In this document: one piece after another, positions 1 through 11,409 of the stretch
Position numbering within the stretch: position 1 is the first letter of the stretch
Layout: each line of letters starts with the position of its first letter
Source: Hamiltosporidium tvaerminnensis FI-OER-3-3
Taxonomy: Eukaryota; Fungi; Microsporidia
Direction: 5' to 3'
Assembly: GCA_022605425.2 (NCBI GenBank)
Contig: CM061248.1
Coordinates: 744,001-808,000, forward strand
DNA: 64,000 bases
Position numbers and translations under genes: made by a program
Notes under the pieces: generated by a model
The model's input: the letters and a program-made list of their open reading frames with translations, nothing else
Databases searched by the model: none
What the model was told of the DNA's origin: nothing

Positions 1-1
1 A

Positions 2-1414
2 AAAAACGATGAAATATATTTAAAATCTATATTAGAGAAAATTTTCCGTCAATTTTCCTCTTATTTTAAAAAACTGATAAAAGTTGATGGTTATCTTACC
101 GCATATGAGATAAATCTTGACTGTCTTTTTTTTAATGAAATGAACTATTTTCTGAAATTCGAAGTAGAAAATATAGATTTGGGATTTGTTACTGTCCAGA
201 ATAATGAAAAAAATATAAAAGAATTTGATTGTACTAAGATATTTGAAAATAACTATTACAACATTATTGATTTGTTAAATGCTGTTGCTACTTGGATTAT
301 ATCACTAAAAAACTATCAAATGCATATTTTGTCTTTAGATTTCTCAACAATACCAGTGTTTAATAGTCTATTTACTTTGCTAGAAAGTGAATTAGATGTA
401 AAATTCGATTTTAAAAAAACGATCGAAGATATATTAAGGGGCCTAAATCCTTTGCTTCGTATCATTTTGCCAGAATTTGAGGCTATACGCGACCTTTTGA
501 TACAATCTCCAATACTAACTAGCAATAATACAAATATTCAATTAGAAATTCTTTATTTATGTATTTTAATTCAGAAAATAGAAACAGAATATAAAGAACT
601 ATTAGAATACCAAAGAAATATTATGTATTCATTTAATTTTCATGAAAATAGCCATGATAATACGTTTAAAAGGTTTAAAATATCATTAAGGATCGCATTC
701 ATTCGACTTATTAACCTAGGTGGTGTATCTGATGCTCAGATTCAGGAATATTCAGTTCTGCTGCTCTTAGATAGTATAATAAAGCTGAAACGGAAAGGAA
801 AATTATTTTTTTCATCTTATGATGGACTTTATAGTTTTGTATCATGTAGAATCAGATTTTTTCTATATGACACCGTAAGTAATTCAGAATATAATCTGTA
901 TATGAATCATTTGAAGATTTTTTTGCAAAAATATTTAAATACATTCGAGGTTGATACAAGTAGATTGAAAGAACTTGAAAATAAATTATTTAAAGGCATA
1001 AATTCGATTCTCACGATTTCGAACTTAAAGAAAAAACTAAATCAAGTTGAAAAAAAACTATTGGTAAGTATTGATTGCGTTTTGAACCATAAACTTCCCT
1101 CCATCAAAGAAAATGACGATCTTGATAACTATCATATTATAGAAACAATATTTAAAGGAAAATTCCCAATAATAAAATCTTCACGAGAAAACGGAGATTT
1201 TTATCTTCATATTAAAAAACACGGGTTATTTCGCATGAGCCCAATATTCTATCAAAGATTCGAAAACGAAATTATCAACATTTTAGAAACTTATATATAT
1301 CTATTGAATTCAGCAACCGGAGAGAAGGAAATCATAGCGATATGTAAATTTCTCGATTATAAATTTGATATTTTAAATGAACTTTTAAAACAAGGAAATT
1401 TTAGAGAAATATAA
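2..1414 (+). CDS. Lineage-specific hypothetical protein, probably 5'-partial; paralog of 11410..12951
   Basis: 424-aa ORF whose frame stays open back to position 2 (KNDEIYLKSILEKIF...). Shares blocks with the 11410 protein: LNPLLRIILPEFEAIRDLL vs LHPYHKILLPEFESIRDILL and EYSVLLLLDSII vs EYSALILLESFI. Confidence 0.8.
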   Translation, partial: KNDEIYLKSILEKIFRQFSSYFKKLIKVDGYLTAYEINLDCLFFNEMNYFLKFEVENIDLGFVTVQNNEKNIKEFDCTKIFENNYYNIIDLLNAVATWIISLKNYQMHILSLDFSTIPVFNSLFTLLESELDVKFDFKKTIEDILRGLNPLLRIILPEFEAIRDLLIQSPILTSNNTNIQLEILYLCILIQKIETEYKELLEYQRNIMYSFNFHENSHDNTFKRFKISLRIAFIRLINLGGVSDAQIQEYSVLLLLDSIIKLKRKGKLFFSSYDGLYSFVSCRIRFFLYDTVSNSEYNLYMNHLKIFLQKYLNTFEVDTSRLKELENKLFKGINSILTISNLKKKLNQVEKKLLVSIDCVLNHKLPSIKENDDLDNYHIIETIFKGKFPIIKSSRENGDFYLHIKKHGLFRMSPIFYQRFENEIINILETYIYLLNSATGEKEIIAICKFLDYKFDILNELLKQGNFREI

Positions 1415-3670
1415 TGATTTTTTATACATAAAGGCTTGTAATACTGTGGAAGTCGGCAATTCATAGATAATTCAAAATTAAAAAAAACTTAGACATAATT
1501 TTTCCGTAATTGAATAATTTTTTTCGTTTATTTTTTAGCTTACACTATTTTAAAAATAAATATGCTGTTATTTCATTAGATAGACGAAAAAATTGCAAAT
1601 TGTCCAATTCGAATTGTGTTCAAATTTTTTCCGAATATATTTAAAAACTTTAAAAAATAACACAAATAAACAATTTTTTATTTATAATCATATTTTGATA
1701 TGATATGTTGCAGAACAAATTAATTTCCAAAGCTCAGCTGATATATCCGAAATTACATCAAAGCTTTAATATTTTTCGAGTCTTTTTTTTGATTTAAAAA
1801 GAAATATTCAATTTTTTAATTAACAATCTAATACTTAGAAAAAAGTTTGCAATCAAATTTCCGAAACTACAAATAAAACTGATTCAGTTGTTATAAACAC
1901 CAAACTTTAAGTTGAATAAAAAAACTAATAAATTAATATGCATTTTCAAATCAATCAAAAAATAAACGATTTTTAATAAGTGAATTCATTAAAGGTATTG
2001 GTATTGAAATTATATTTAAACCAATTTTAGATGAACACTCAATATGAATCTGAATCCAACTAATTTGCAGATTAAAAATTGATTCGTTTGAGTATTCTCA
2101 ATATAATAAAAAAAATTTAAAATTATTCGAGAAAATATCTGACATGACCTAGCCTTCTATTTTCAACCAATAAAATCTGGCCAATAATGCCATGTAAACT
2201 TTTTTTCATATAGACTAAATTTGAAGAAAATTTTCAGATTATTAAATCGAGCTATTATGTAAGAATCTTAAATACTTTTAGCATTATTATCGAGCGAATC
2301 AAAAGACTTTTCACACAATTATTTAGAAAAATTTCGAATTTCTGTAGCACTAATTTGACTCAATAATATTTATTTTCAACAAATAAAATCAACCAAAGAT
2401 TTAGTTTTCGAAAAAACATGATTGATGTATCTGATAAAATCAATGTGAATTAAATAAAGAAAATTAAGAAAAAACGAAATATACAAAAAAAAATTAACAG
2501 CATAAATATTAGAGGCTTTTTGCTTATAAAATGTTAATCATAGATTATTCTGATTGTTTTGGAGCTTACAATCATGCTTCTTATCACACATTGATCAATT
2601 GATTAAAAACTATATAAACAAAACCAAAAAGATGCATATCCCTTCCAAAACAAAAATATATGAATACTATTTATATTATAGAATGTTAACAAAAATTTTC
2701 TTTAGAAGTCTATACAGAAAAAATTATTTTTATTAAACCAAATCTCTGATCAATTTATGCTTAAAATAATTTATTTCTTTAAAAAATGCAATATCTGAAG
2801 TTCATCAAATTACAAATATTAAATCTTCAATTAAAACGTTCAAAATTTTTATATATTCTAGAATAGAAGTAATTTAATAGAAACAATAATTTTTAAGGAT
2901 TCATTATTGGTCAAAAAATGTTGTTCTGAATAAATTCAATCAAAAATATAAATAATATTTATTCTGATCTAATTATGCGATTTTTCTAAAATATAATACG
3001 ATATCAATATACACATTCTGTTTCAAATTGAATCAAAATTTTAATTTAATGCTGCATTCTGGCTTTTTAATTTGTTTTAATTACCCCCAGATACTTTCAA
3101 CTGTAAATTTGTTGCAATTTAACGTTTTTGCCATTTTCTTTATGGCCATGCGACCAATCTGCATTGCTTTAAGATACTTGAAAAGTTAGTATTTGTAAAT
3201 CCTATAACAATCTAATTTTTTTTTCAAAAGTAATGATATAACATTAAAAAACATTATGTACTAATAAAGCCCCATGAGTATATTAATACTTTATATTACT
3301 TTGTTAATTATATTAATCAAACTATTAACTTGCTGAAAATTAGTTAAATCTCAAAAATTGATTAAATATTCTTTCATATTTTTGCGAATTAAGATTAGAA
3401 TTTGAGTAAAACATTAGTACATGTTCAAAAAGTATATTTTATATCTAGAACTATTAAAAAAATGCAATAGCTCGCTCTTTTCCATACAGTTGGAACACAA
3501 TCCAACGATGATTCATAGCTTCGCCGAGTTTCAGGCGTCCCAAAGACAATTTTCTTTTGATTGGTTAGTTTTCCAGCCTCACGCAAACTTTCCGAACGAA
3601 AGATAAAGAGAGTTTATATCAAAAATTGTAAAATTAATTTCTAATATAACCAAAATTTATTAGCTTATTC

Positions 3671-4308
3671 CAAGGGTCGCAAAACATTTTAACTCTCGAG
3701 CCACATTGACTTCTTTAAAAAAGCTCGAGGACCAATAACTCATTATATTTTTCACCAAGATACTAAAAAGTATTTCTTGAATGATATTATTATTATCTTT
3801 GGATGGAATTTTGCAAGTTTTATAGTTATGTTCAAAAATATAAAAATGTATATAAATAATATTTTTTCGAAAAAATTCAACTTCATTATTAGAATTCGCA
3901 TAACTTTAAAGCCCGAATTTAATCATTTTTTGAACTTTACACCTGTTTTTATTTTCACTTTTGACACTATTATCTGTCTAAAGAAACCTACTCTAAATGA
4001 AATCAACAGATTTTATTTACAGATACAAATTAACATATAAGCACCTGAAATCCTTAATGATAATTTCTACAAGAAAATTTGAACCACAATTTGAAGAAGT
4101 TGTTCGGAACAAATCTCAACTACTTCATCTAATAAATAACAAATGTCACTAATTTTTTTATTTCATTTTTGTTTTTAGTATAAAATAATCAAAAAAACCA
4201 CCTAAAATGCCATAAAAAGATTTTAGGGGGAATGTAGATGCAGTTAGTATTTAAATCCTACTGCAGGTCAAATGAAATATGTCCGCAGGTGTGGTTCGAA
4301 GACCTTTG
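3671..4308 (+). mobile_element. Internally deleted, decayed hAT DNA transposon (Buster/SPIN/Charlie-like)
   Basis: Imperfect terminal inverted repeats CAAGGGTCGCAAAAC ... GTTCGAAGACCTTTG resemble CAGGGGTC hAT ends. 3997-4130 translates MKSTDFIYRYKLTYKHLKSLMIISTRKFEPQFEEVVRNKSQ, like the C-terminus of Buster/SPIN transposases. No intact 8-bp TSD. Confidence 0.65.
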
Positions 4309-4962
4309 ATTCAAATCATAAGATTCTTAAAAAGTTTTTTTATTTGTTGCAAATTTTATCAACTCACATAGTATATTATTTCTATTATATGATTTTTTAA
4401 TTAAAAAAAAACTTCTTAGGCTAATATATTTATCAAAAAAATTTTTAATTTATTATATATATTTCATATTTCAAACTAAAAAGTTGTGTTAAATTTAAGT
4501 AAACTATTTTTAGTTTACAAAATAATATAATTTCTTTTCAGTTTCTTATATGAAATTAAAAAAAAAGAATTCATTTTGTTTTCTGATTCAAATCGTTCAT
4601 GACGTTAAGTTTTAAGTTGTTTTACAGTTCCAATTAAAAATATTTAACTTCGAAAATTTAAAACCACTATTTCTAAAATAATTTCATTAAACAAATAATT
4701 AATTGTCTGTTATATTGAACCAAAATTACTTGGCTTCTTTACAATTATACATTAAAATACAAAAACATGGTTTATTTAAAATTTCAAATACAAATGATTC
4801 ATTAAAAATTGTTAAAAGAACTTTGTAAATAAAAAAATTTATTGCTTCAAATAAAATCTATAGAATCAAAATATTTTAAATAATATCTGTAAGTCTTTTG
4901 TTATCTTACATATCTTGAGCTCTTATAATTTTGAAGTACACAATTTTATCACGAAAGAAATA

Positions 4963-5081
4963 TTAAATATGGTCTATAAACTCTCCCTGTATTCTATCAA
5001 ACTTTGGTACAGTTTTATTACGAATGGAATATTTAAATATGATCTGTAAACTCTTCCTGTATTCTATCATACTTTGGTACA
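4963..5081. repeat. Direct duplication (~49 bp, 70 bp offset) of the last 15 codons plus stop of the P5 ATPase
   Basis: 4963-5011 matches 5033-5081 with few mismatches. On the minus strand the copy reads VPKFDRIQGEFIDHI* vs VPKYDRIQEEFTDHI*. Confidence 0.85.
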
Positions 5082-8000
5082 AGCATCTTATCTTGACAGA
5101 AATTTTCTAACTTTTTTGATAAAACATTCTCATAAATAAAATTAACAGTTATATTAATGGAAATAATCAAAACGATTTTAAACAAAATTTGTTTTCCTAC
5201 CCAAAATTCATAATAATTCCTAAAAAAATTTGCAATAAAATCGAAAATTATATTTTGGAGACATAAAGTTAGGAAAATACAATACAAAAATGAGAAAATC
5301 ATAAAATATATAAAAATTCTGTTTTTAAACCGTCCTTCTCGATGAGGTCTACCCTTAGAAAGAAATATACCTGAAACCAATACTTGCACTATAGAAACAA
5401 AAAACATGGCAGTTCCTTCAGAAGATAAAGTTGTAAATTTTTCAAAATCTTGATTTGGTTCCACACAAAAAAATAAACATATTAGAAGAAATATTCCGTT
5501 AATAAAAACACTACCAAATAAAGGAATCAGTGATTTTTTTGAAATAAGATGAGCATATGGCGTAGAACGTGAAAGAATTTTCGAAGGTCTAAATTGGGTC
5601 ATAGCATAAGCAATTGGAAGCACAATAAGTAAATCATAATGCATCGTTTGCCATTCACTTAAAAACAAGAATTTTAAACTCAGAATATACAAAGAAAAAT
5701 ATTGAATAAAGGAAGAAATAAAAACGAATTTGAACCTTGAAATTGAAGTTACAAGCGCAGATCTTCCTTCTTTCAAAACAGTCAACACACTACTTATGTC
5801 AGTAATTCGACTTGTAAAACTAGAAGTCAATGTTGCTTCGTTTTGCGCAAGAGCTATTCCTACCTCTGCACTTTTTAATGCTCCACAATCATTAGCTCCA
5901 TCGCCACAAAAACAAGTGGAATAATCGATATCGGCTAAGTCTTCAACTAACATTTTCTTCTGATCGGGATTCATTCTTGCAAATATTGCACACTTTGATA
6001 AAATAAATGAGAAATAAGTAGAATTATCTTTCTTTATAAATTCATATTCTCGTCCCTCACACGCAACAAGAAAATCAGAATATGATATTTCATCTAAATC
6101 TTTAAAAAGTGTCAATCTAATTTTATCAAAGGTTAGCTCTTCATCTCCTACACATAGCCACTCAGCATCGTAAATATTTTTCGCGTTTTCATCAATCACA
6201 GGAAAAATTATTGGTAAATATTTATCCACCAATTTTGACTGTCTGGCAACAGAAATTGCAGTTAAAATATTGTCACCGGTTGCCATCACACACTTGATCC
6301 CTGCCTCATTTAATTCTACAAGCACACTTTCTGTGACAGGCTTCAATTTATTTGCAAATACTATAAAACCCAAGAAAGTCAATCCATATTCATCTTTACT
6401 TCGCAATCTTTCATTTATATTTATACTATATGTCTCTTTGTAGGCAATAGATAGAACTCTATAACCATCCAAGGTATATTCTCTAACTCTTTCTTCATAA
6501 TCTTCTGGAATTTCTCGTAAAATCTTTGAAATCGATTCTGGTGATCCTTTAGAATATACAAAGTGTTTTCCTTTATCAACCACAACTACTGACATTCTAC
6601 GAAGATTCGTGTCAAAATCATAACATTTAATTATTTTTCTAGGAATTTCTTGTTCAATATCAAATGGAATCTCATAACCATCATCTATATAAACATCTAT
6701 ACGGTTATTAATATTCTCATCATTAATATTAATATAATCAGTTTGGTTTGTTTCATTCAAAGGTAAAATACTTTCTGGATTTTTCGAATAATGAAATAAA
6801 GTTTCATCCCCACTATTTTCTCTAAAAACCGGTCCTTTTATTTCATTAAAGGAAGATCCGATGGTAATCTTTCTTATAGAAACCGACTCAAAGGTTTCAT
6901 ACTCAATTTTTGAATTTGAAAATAAAAGCATTTTAATATCCAACGGATCGCCAACATATTCACCATTTAATTCATAAACCCCATGACACGTACTGATCGC
7001 ATTTACCATTTGTCTATCAAACTTCCCAATATCATCACTTGTAATTTGAAAATTATCAATACAATGAACATCAAGTCCTTCTTCTGTCAAAGTACCTGTT
7101 TTATCAAAAATCACGATATTTGTTCTTCCAGCAGAATTTATTCTTTCTAAATCACTGCAAAATATTTTCATACGTTTGAGTCTTCCTGCAGAAATTGTTG
7201 CTCCGATCCAAATTGTAGTTGGAAGTGCGGGTGAAAGAATACATGTTAATAAATCAAATGAGTATTTCAAAGCGATCAGTAATTCAATAGAATTTAGAAG
7301 AAAGAAAATTACTATCAAAGCAGAAGTAAGAATTCCGAACCCAAATACCCAGATAATGAACTTCATAGATTCTTTATAAAATACAAAATCAGGTGGCCTT
7401 GGAATCAAGATTGTTCGTATTAATCTACCTTTTGAAGTATTAAACCCAGTTGAAACTACAACACCGATAGCACAATTGAGCTTTTCAATTGTATCCTTAT
7501 CAATATTATTTAAGGTTTGTATTTGTACAGGCAATTTTGTTTTTGCAGTTAATTTTTGTGAAGAACTGATTTCTGATTCTGAAATATGAGATTGATCTCT
7601 TTTCAATCCAACATTTTTTACTCTACAAAATTTATTTGAATCGCCAATATGTTTTTCTTCAAAATTTAATTCCAAACTTTCGCGTATATAATTTTTTTCA
7701 CTCGTACTTTTCAAAATGTTCGTACCAGAATATATTATATTACCAGAGCTTGCATTAGATTTAAACACGGGTAAAGTTTCACCCGTCAAAAAACTTTCAT
7801 CTACGATTACATCTCCTTTAAGAACTCTTACATCAGAATGAAAATCTTTAGTTGGTTCAATACATATCAAATCACCTGGAAAGATATTTTTTGTTTCAAT
7901 AAACATCCATTTTTTATCTCTTAAAGCAATAACCATTCTTTTCTTTTTAGCCAATTCCATAATAATTTTTCTGTTTTTAAATTCTTGAATGATATCATGA

Positions 8001-8650
8001 ACCAAGGAATATAAAGATAATAAAAATATAATCGAAGCATATAGTTTATAGTCAATATTTACCCAGAGAATAACACATATCATTATATAAACGAAGAGAA
8101 TAGAAAGTATATTATCTATAAATATTTCAAATGTGGTTTTTTGACGTATGGAGGTTTCATTTTCACCGTAAATTATTTTTTTCTCTAACAATGCCATTTT
8201 TAATTTTGAAAGACTTGTTTTTAAGTTTTTTTTATAAATATCTTCAAAGGTAGACTCGTAAAGAAAAATATTTTGTTCAGTTGGAATCACATATCTACCG
8301 ATAGTATAATCTAATATAAATCTGTAGAACTGTGATTCAAACATCTTGATTTGATTATTTTTAACATACTTTTTTAAATTTTCAGATTCACCTGTAAATC
8401 TAATGGTTTTTACTTCTGAAATATCTATATTTCCATAATGATTCGTTACAAAAATTAAGTCGGCTTCAGAAAGCTTGCATGCCTTCGTTTCTAAAACCAA
8501 TTTAACTTTTTTCAAATATTTACAGATCAGATAGAAAATACCAACCGAAAAAACACATAACAAAATGTAAACGACCTTATAAATTCTACGTTTTCTTCCT
8601 TCAATAATTAAAAATTCTTCATCATTTTTTTGATATGTAGATTCATTCAT
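5033..8650 (-). CDS. P5B-type P-type ATPase (ATP13A2/Ypk9-like)
   Basis: 1205 aa with DESFLTGET, SPALP (TM4, P5B-like PPALP), DKTGTLT phosphorylation motif, KGSPE, TGDN, FARMNPDQK and GDGANDCGALK. Confidence 0.93.
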   Translation of the reverse strand: MNESTYQKNDEEFLIIEGRKRRIYKVVYILLCVFSVGIFYLICKYLKKVKLVLETKACKLSEADLIFVTNHYGNIDISEVKTIRFTGESENLKKYVKNNQIKMFESQFYRFILDYTIGRYVIPTEQNIFLYESTFEDIYKKNLKTSLSKLKMALLEKKIIYGENETSIRQKTTFEIFIDNILSILFVYIMICVILWVNIDYKLYASIIFLLSLYSLVHDIIQEFKNRKIIMELAKKKRMVIALRDKKWMFIETKNIFPGDLICIEPTKDFHSDVRVLKGDVIVDESFLTGETLPVFKSNASSGNIIYSGTNILKSTSEKNYIRESLELNFEEKHIGDSNKFCRVKNVGLKRDQSHISESEISSSQKLTAKTKLPVQIQTLNNIDKDTIEKLNCAIGVVVSTGFNTSKGRLIRTILIPRPPDFVFYKESMKFIIWVFGFGILTSALIVIFFLLNSIELLIALKYSFDLLTCILSPALPTTIWIGATISAGRLKRMKIFCSDLERINSAGRTNIVIFDKTGTLTEEGLDVHCIDNFQITSDDIGKFDRQMVNAISTCHGVYELNGEYVGDPLDIKMLLFSNSKIEYETFESVSIRKITIGSSFNEIKGPVFRENSGDETLFHYSKNPESILPLNETNQTDYININDENINNRIDVYIDDGYEIPFDIEQEIPRKIIKCYDFDTNLRRMSVVVVDKGKHFVYSKGSPESISKILREIPEDYEERVREYTLDGYRVLSIAYKETYSININERLRSKDEYGLTFLGFIVFANKLKPVTESVLVELNEAGIKCVMATGDNILTAISVARQSKLVDKYLPIIFPVIDENAKNIYDAEWLCVGDEELTFDKIRLTLFKDLDEISYSDFLVACEGREYEFIKKDNSTYFSFILSKCAIFARMNPDQKKMLVEDLADIDYSTCFCGDGANDCGALKSAEVGIALAQNEATLTSSFTSRITDISSVLTVLKEGRSALVTSISRFKFVFISSFIQYFSLYILSLKFLFLSEWQTMHYDLLIVLPIAYAMTQFRPSKILSRSTPYAHLISKKSLIPLFGSVFINGIFLLICLFFCVEPNQDFEKFTTLSSEGTAMFFVSIVQVLVSGIFLSKGRPHREGRFKNRIFIYFMIFSFLYCIFLTLCLQNIIFDFIANFFRNYYEFWVGKQILFKIVLIISINITVNFIYENVLSKKLENFCQDKMLVPKYDRIQEEFTDHI

Positions 8651-8655
8651 ACAAA

Positions 8656-8659
8656 GGGG
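8656..8659 (-). promoter_or_regulatory. Microsporidian CCC-like start-proximal motif
   Basis: GACCCCTTTGT-ATG. CCC also precedes 21603, 23617, 24800, 32094, 39529 and 43786, and GGG precedes 35817. Confidence 0.7.
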
Positions 8660-8974
8660 TCAAATGTGACGTTTTATATTTATTGGCTAATTTTTTTATT
8701 CTCAAAATGAATATAAAAAAACGTTTTAATTATATTGAGATTCTTTTAAAACAAAATATTACTTTTGTAAATTATTTTGGACAAAAAAATATAATTTTTA
8801 GCCATGAGAAATAACCGATTGTTTTTTATAAATTCTAGATCATTTTTAATTAAATTTTTTTATTATTAATATTTTACAACAAATTGTTGAGTCACATTGC
8901 AAAAAATTACAGTACACTCAATGATTAAAAAATTAATTAAAAAACTTTTAATTATTTTTTTTTATTTCGTAGTT

Positions 8975-9150
8975 GAAATTTAAACCAATAGAATACATTT
9001 TCAGCCCCTTTTTTTATTTATTTTTTTATTGATTTAGTATTTTAAATTTAAACCAATAAAAAATATTTTCAACTACTTTTTTTATTTATTTGTGTTTATG
9101 ATTAAGAATTGAAATTTAAACCAATAAAAAATATTTTTAACCGTTTTTTT
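8975..9150. repeat. Three diverged ~68 bp tandem units containing AAATTTAAACCAATA (CCAAT-box-like), upstream of the ATPase
   Basis: The motif recurs at about 8976, 9045 and 9112, each followed by a similar T-rich tail. Confidence 0.65.
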
Positions 9151-9559
9151 ACTACGGCGTTTGATTTCTGATTTTTATATTCCTTGATATTTTAAAATAA
9201 AACCCCGCTTTTTTTGAGATTCAGTATATTTTTTGGTATGAAAAATTGATTTAACAATGCGTAGACGTGGATTTGTAGTTCTTAAATTTTATATTTTGTT
9301 CATTTTTTTAAAATTTATATGTCTTTATTCTTCGGTTTTGGATATAGTTAATAGCGATATTGTTTGAAAAGGTTAAGGTTTTTTTTTCTGTTTAAAATAT
9401 TTATATGACTCTATGGTTGGTTTAAGTAGTACCCATATATAGTTTTTTACTGAAATATTTCTCGTTTTTTATGTTTATAAAATATTTGTAGTTTATATAC
9501 TTCATGTTGCAAAAACACAGATTGAGTTTCTTTTGTAATTTTTTTGAAGAAGTATATTA

Positions 9560-10165
9560 TATTATTACATTTATTTAAGAAAATTCTGGTTAGAATATTT
9601 TTACGATTTTTACGCATTTTCTTCTACCTCTTTTACCACAGTTGTTTCTTCTTCCAAATCCGACTCTTTTTTTTAATTGTTCGTTGGCTCCTCTAACGTG
9701 GTTCCTTCTTCTGAAATAAGGAGTGTATTATTTTCGTTATTTTCTGTTTTAACACCATCTTCCTCTTTACTCGCTTGTTTTAAAGGGGGTGTTGGTTACT
9801 CGTGCATCTCTGCTCTCATAATAATACTCAATGATGATCTCTTTCGGCTCCCTTCGGCATTTAGTCCTGACTCGAGTCCCCTTCGTCGATCAAAGGAAAT
9901 CGTTTCGACTGTCTTCTTAAGTATTGTGACTGAATGTATGACTCTAGATTCATGGGTATTTGTAGTCTCTTAGCATACGTCTTATGGTATATTGTTATAA
10001 TACTGACCCAGGTCGTCACATAAAGAATTATCTCTACACTACATTTATAAATAAGACCTAACTCATTTGCTAATAGGTCATACTTCCTAAGCTTCTCTGT
10101 TTCAACTACTGAAGAAAGTCTTGGAATGTGATTCTCACTTCACTGAGGGTTGTCCTATTCTGCCT
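9560..10165 (-). mobile_element. 5'-truncated non-LTR retrotransposon fragment (restriction-like endonuclease C-terminus, R4/Dong-type)
   Basis: With frameshifts the minus strand reads RQNRTTLSEVRITFQDFLQ-VETEKLRKYDLLANELGLIYKCSVEIILYVTTW...YHKTYAKRLQIPMNLESYIQS..LKKTVETISFDRRRGLESG. This fits the EVxIT..EKxxKY REL domain. Stop at ~9610, then an A/T-rich tail. Confidence 0.85.
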
Positions 10166-11409
10166 CACATTTTACATTAGAAATTTATATTTTATAATTA
10201 AATTATTAAAATAACTTTAAATATCTACTTCATTATAAAAATGGGTTATTAAAATCTTTTTAGAAATATAAAATACAGAATATTATAAATATATCGGTCT
10301 GAAAAAGGAATAATAAAGTAAATCACAAATCAATATATTTCAAATATTATAACCAATTAAATATAGTTTTGTTATAACTTTTTGTAACAAAAGAATATAA
10401 AAAATTTTAAAAACTTTAAAGGTGTTTAGCCTAAACGATTTAAATGAACAATTCTGCTTAAATTTTGAAATAACTATGAAATCTATATATATGTCATTGA
10501 ATTAACATCTAAACGCTGATATTTCATAATTTAAATTAATTTCCTATAATTTTTGAAAAAAATCATTTTAAGGTAAATGAAATATTTATTTGATTTTCTT
10601 TGTTTTATAAAGTAAATTGAAATCATTAAAGTTATTTCTCTAAAATTTCTGCTTTCAATAAATTATTATCGATTCATATAAAAAAATTTAATATTTAAAA
10701 ATAAAAATATCCAAATTATGATTTCGGATAAAGTTTTAAGTTTATAATTCATTAGTTAGAATATGAGTTCAGGGTTTGAACAAATATATGATTTTTCATT
10801 AATTTTTCATAGATATTTTTTTAGAGAAATATAAGCAGCCTTAATTTCAATGCAAGTTTTGTTTCTTCCCATTTGTATTTATAAATTAGTGACTAGTTTA
10901 TATCTTCTGGAAATTATTTTTTAATACTTTATATTTTATTCAAATCAAATATTGTTTCATTCGTAGGTTAGAGTATTAATTCATAGATCATAAAATTTAC
11001 TTTTCAATATCACAGTAGTTTTTTATAGCACTTCGTTTTTAATTAAACTTAAAAAAATCTATCGGTATATTGATTAAATAAATAAAAAAACCAAAATTGT
11101 GAGATAAACTTATCAGTATAATTGAGAGCTTTTGAAATAATTTTAGTCTTTTATTTATCTAATCTTCTTTAAAATTACTTTCTTCCAGTATAAGTCAAAA
11201 TAGGAAAAAATAATAATTAAGGCATTTTACAAAAAACATTTTATTAACATCTTAAAACAAAAATAGAATTTAAGTTTTAAACAAAGCAAAATAACAATTA
11301 TTCACAGCTGGGTTTTTTAAAAGAATAACATAATAATTAAGAAAAAAAATTATTAAATTCTTATTTCGTATAATATTCACCTGAATCTTCATATATTGCA
11401 ATAGAAATA

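Noticed and set aside
3060-3610. Tc1/mariner-like HTH and C-terminal fragments on the minus strand
   Set aside because: Weak similarity, fragments in the wrong order, and no TIRs.
9677-9973. 98-aa plus-strand ORF
   Set aside because: Antisense shadow of the retrotransposon fragment.
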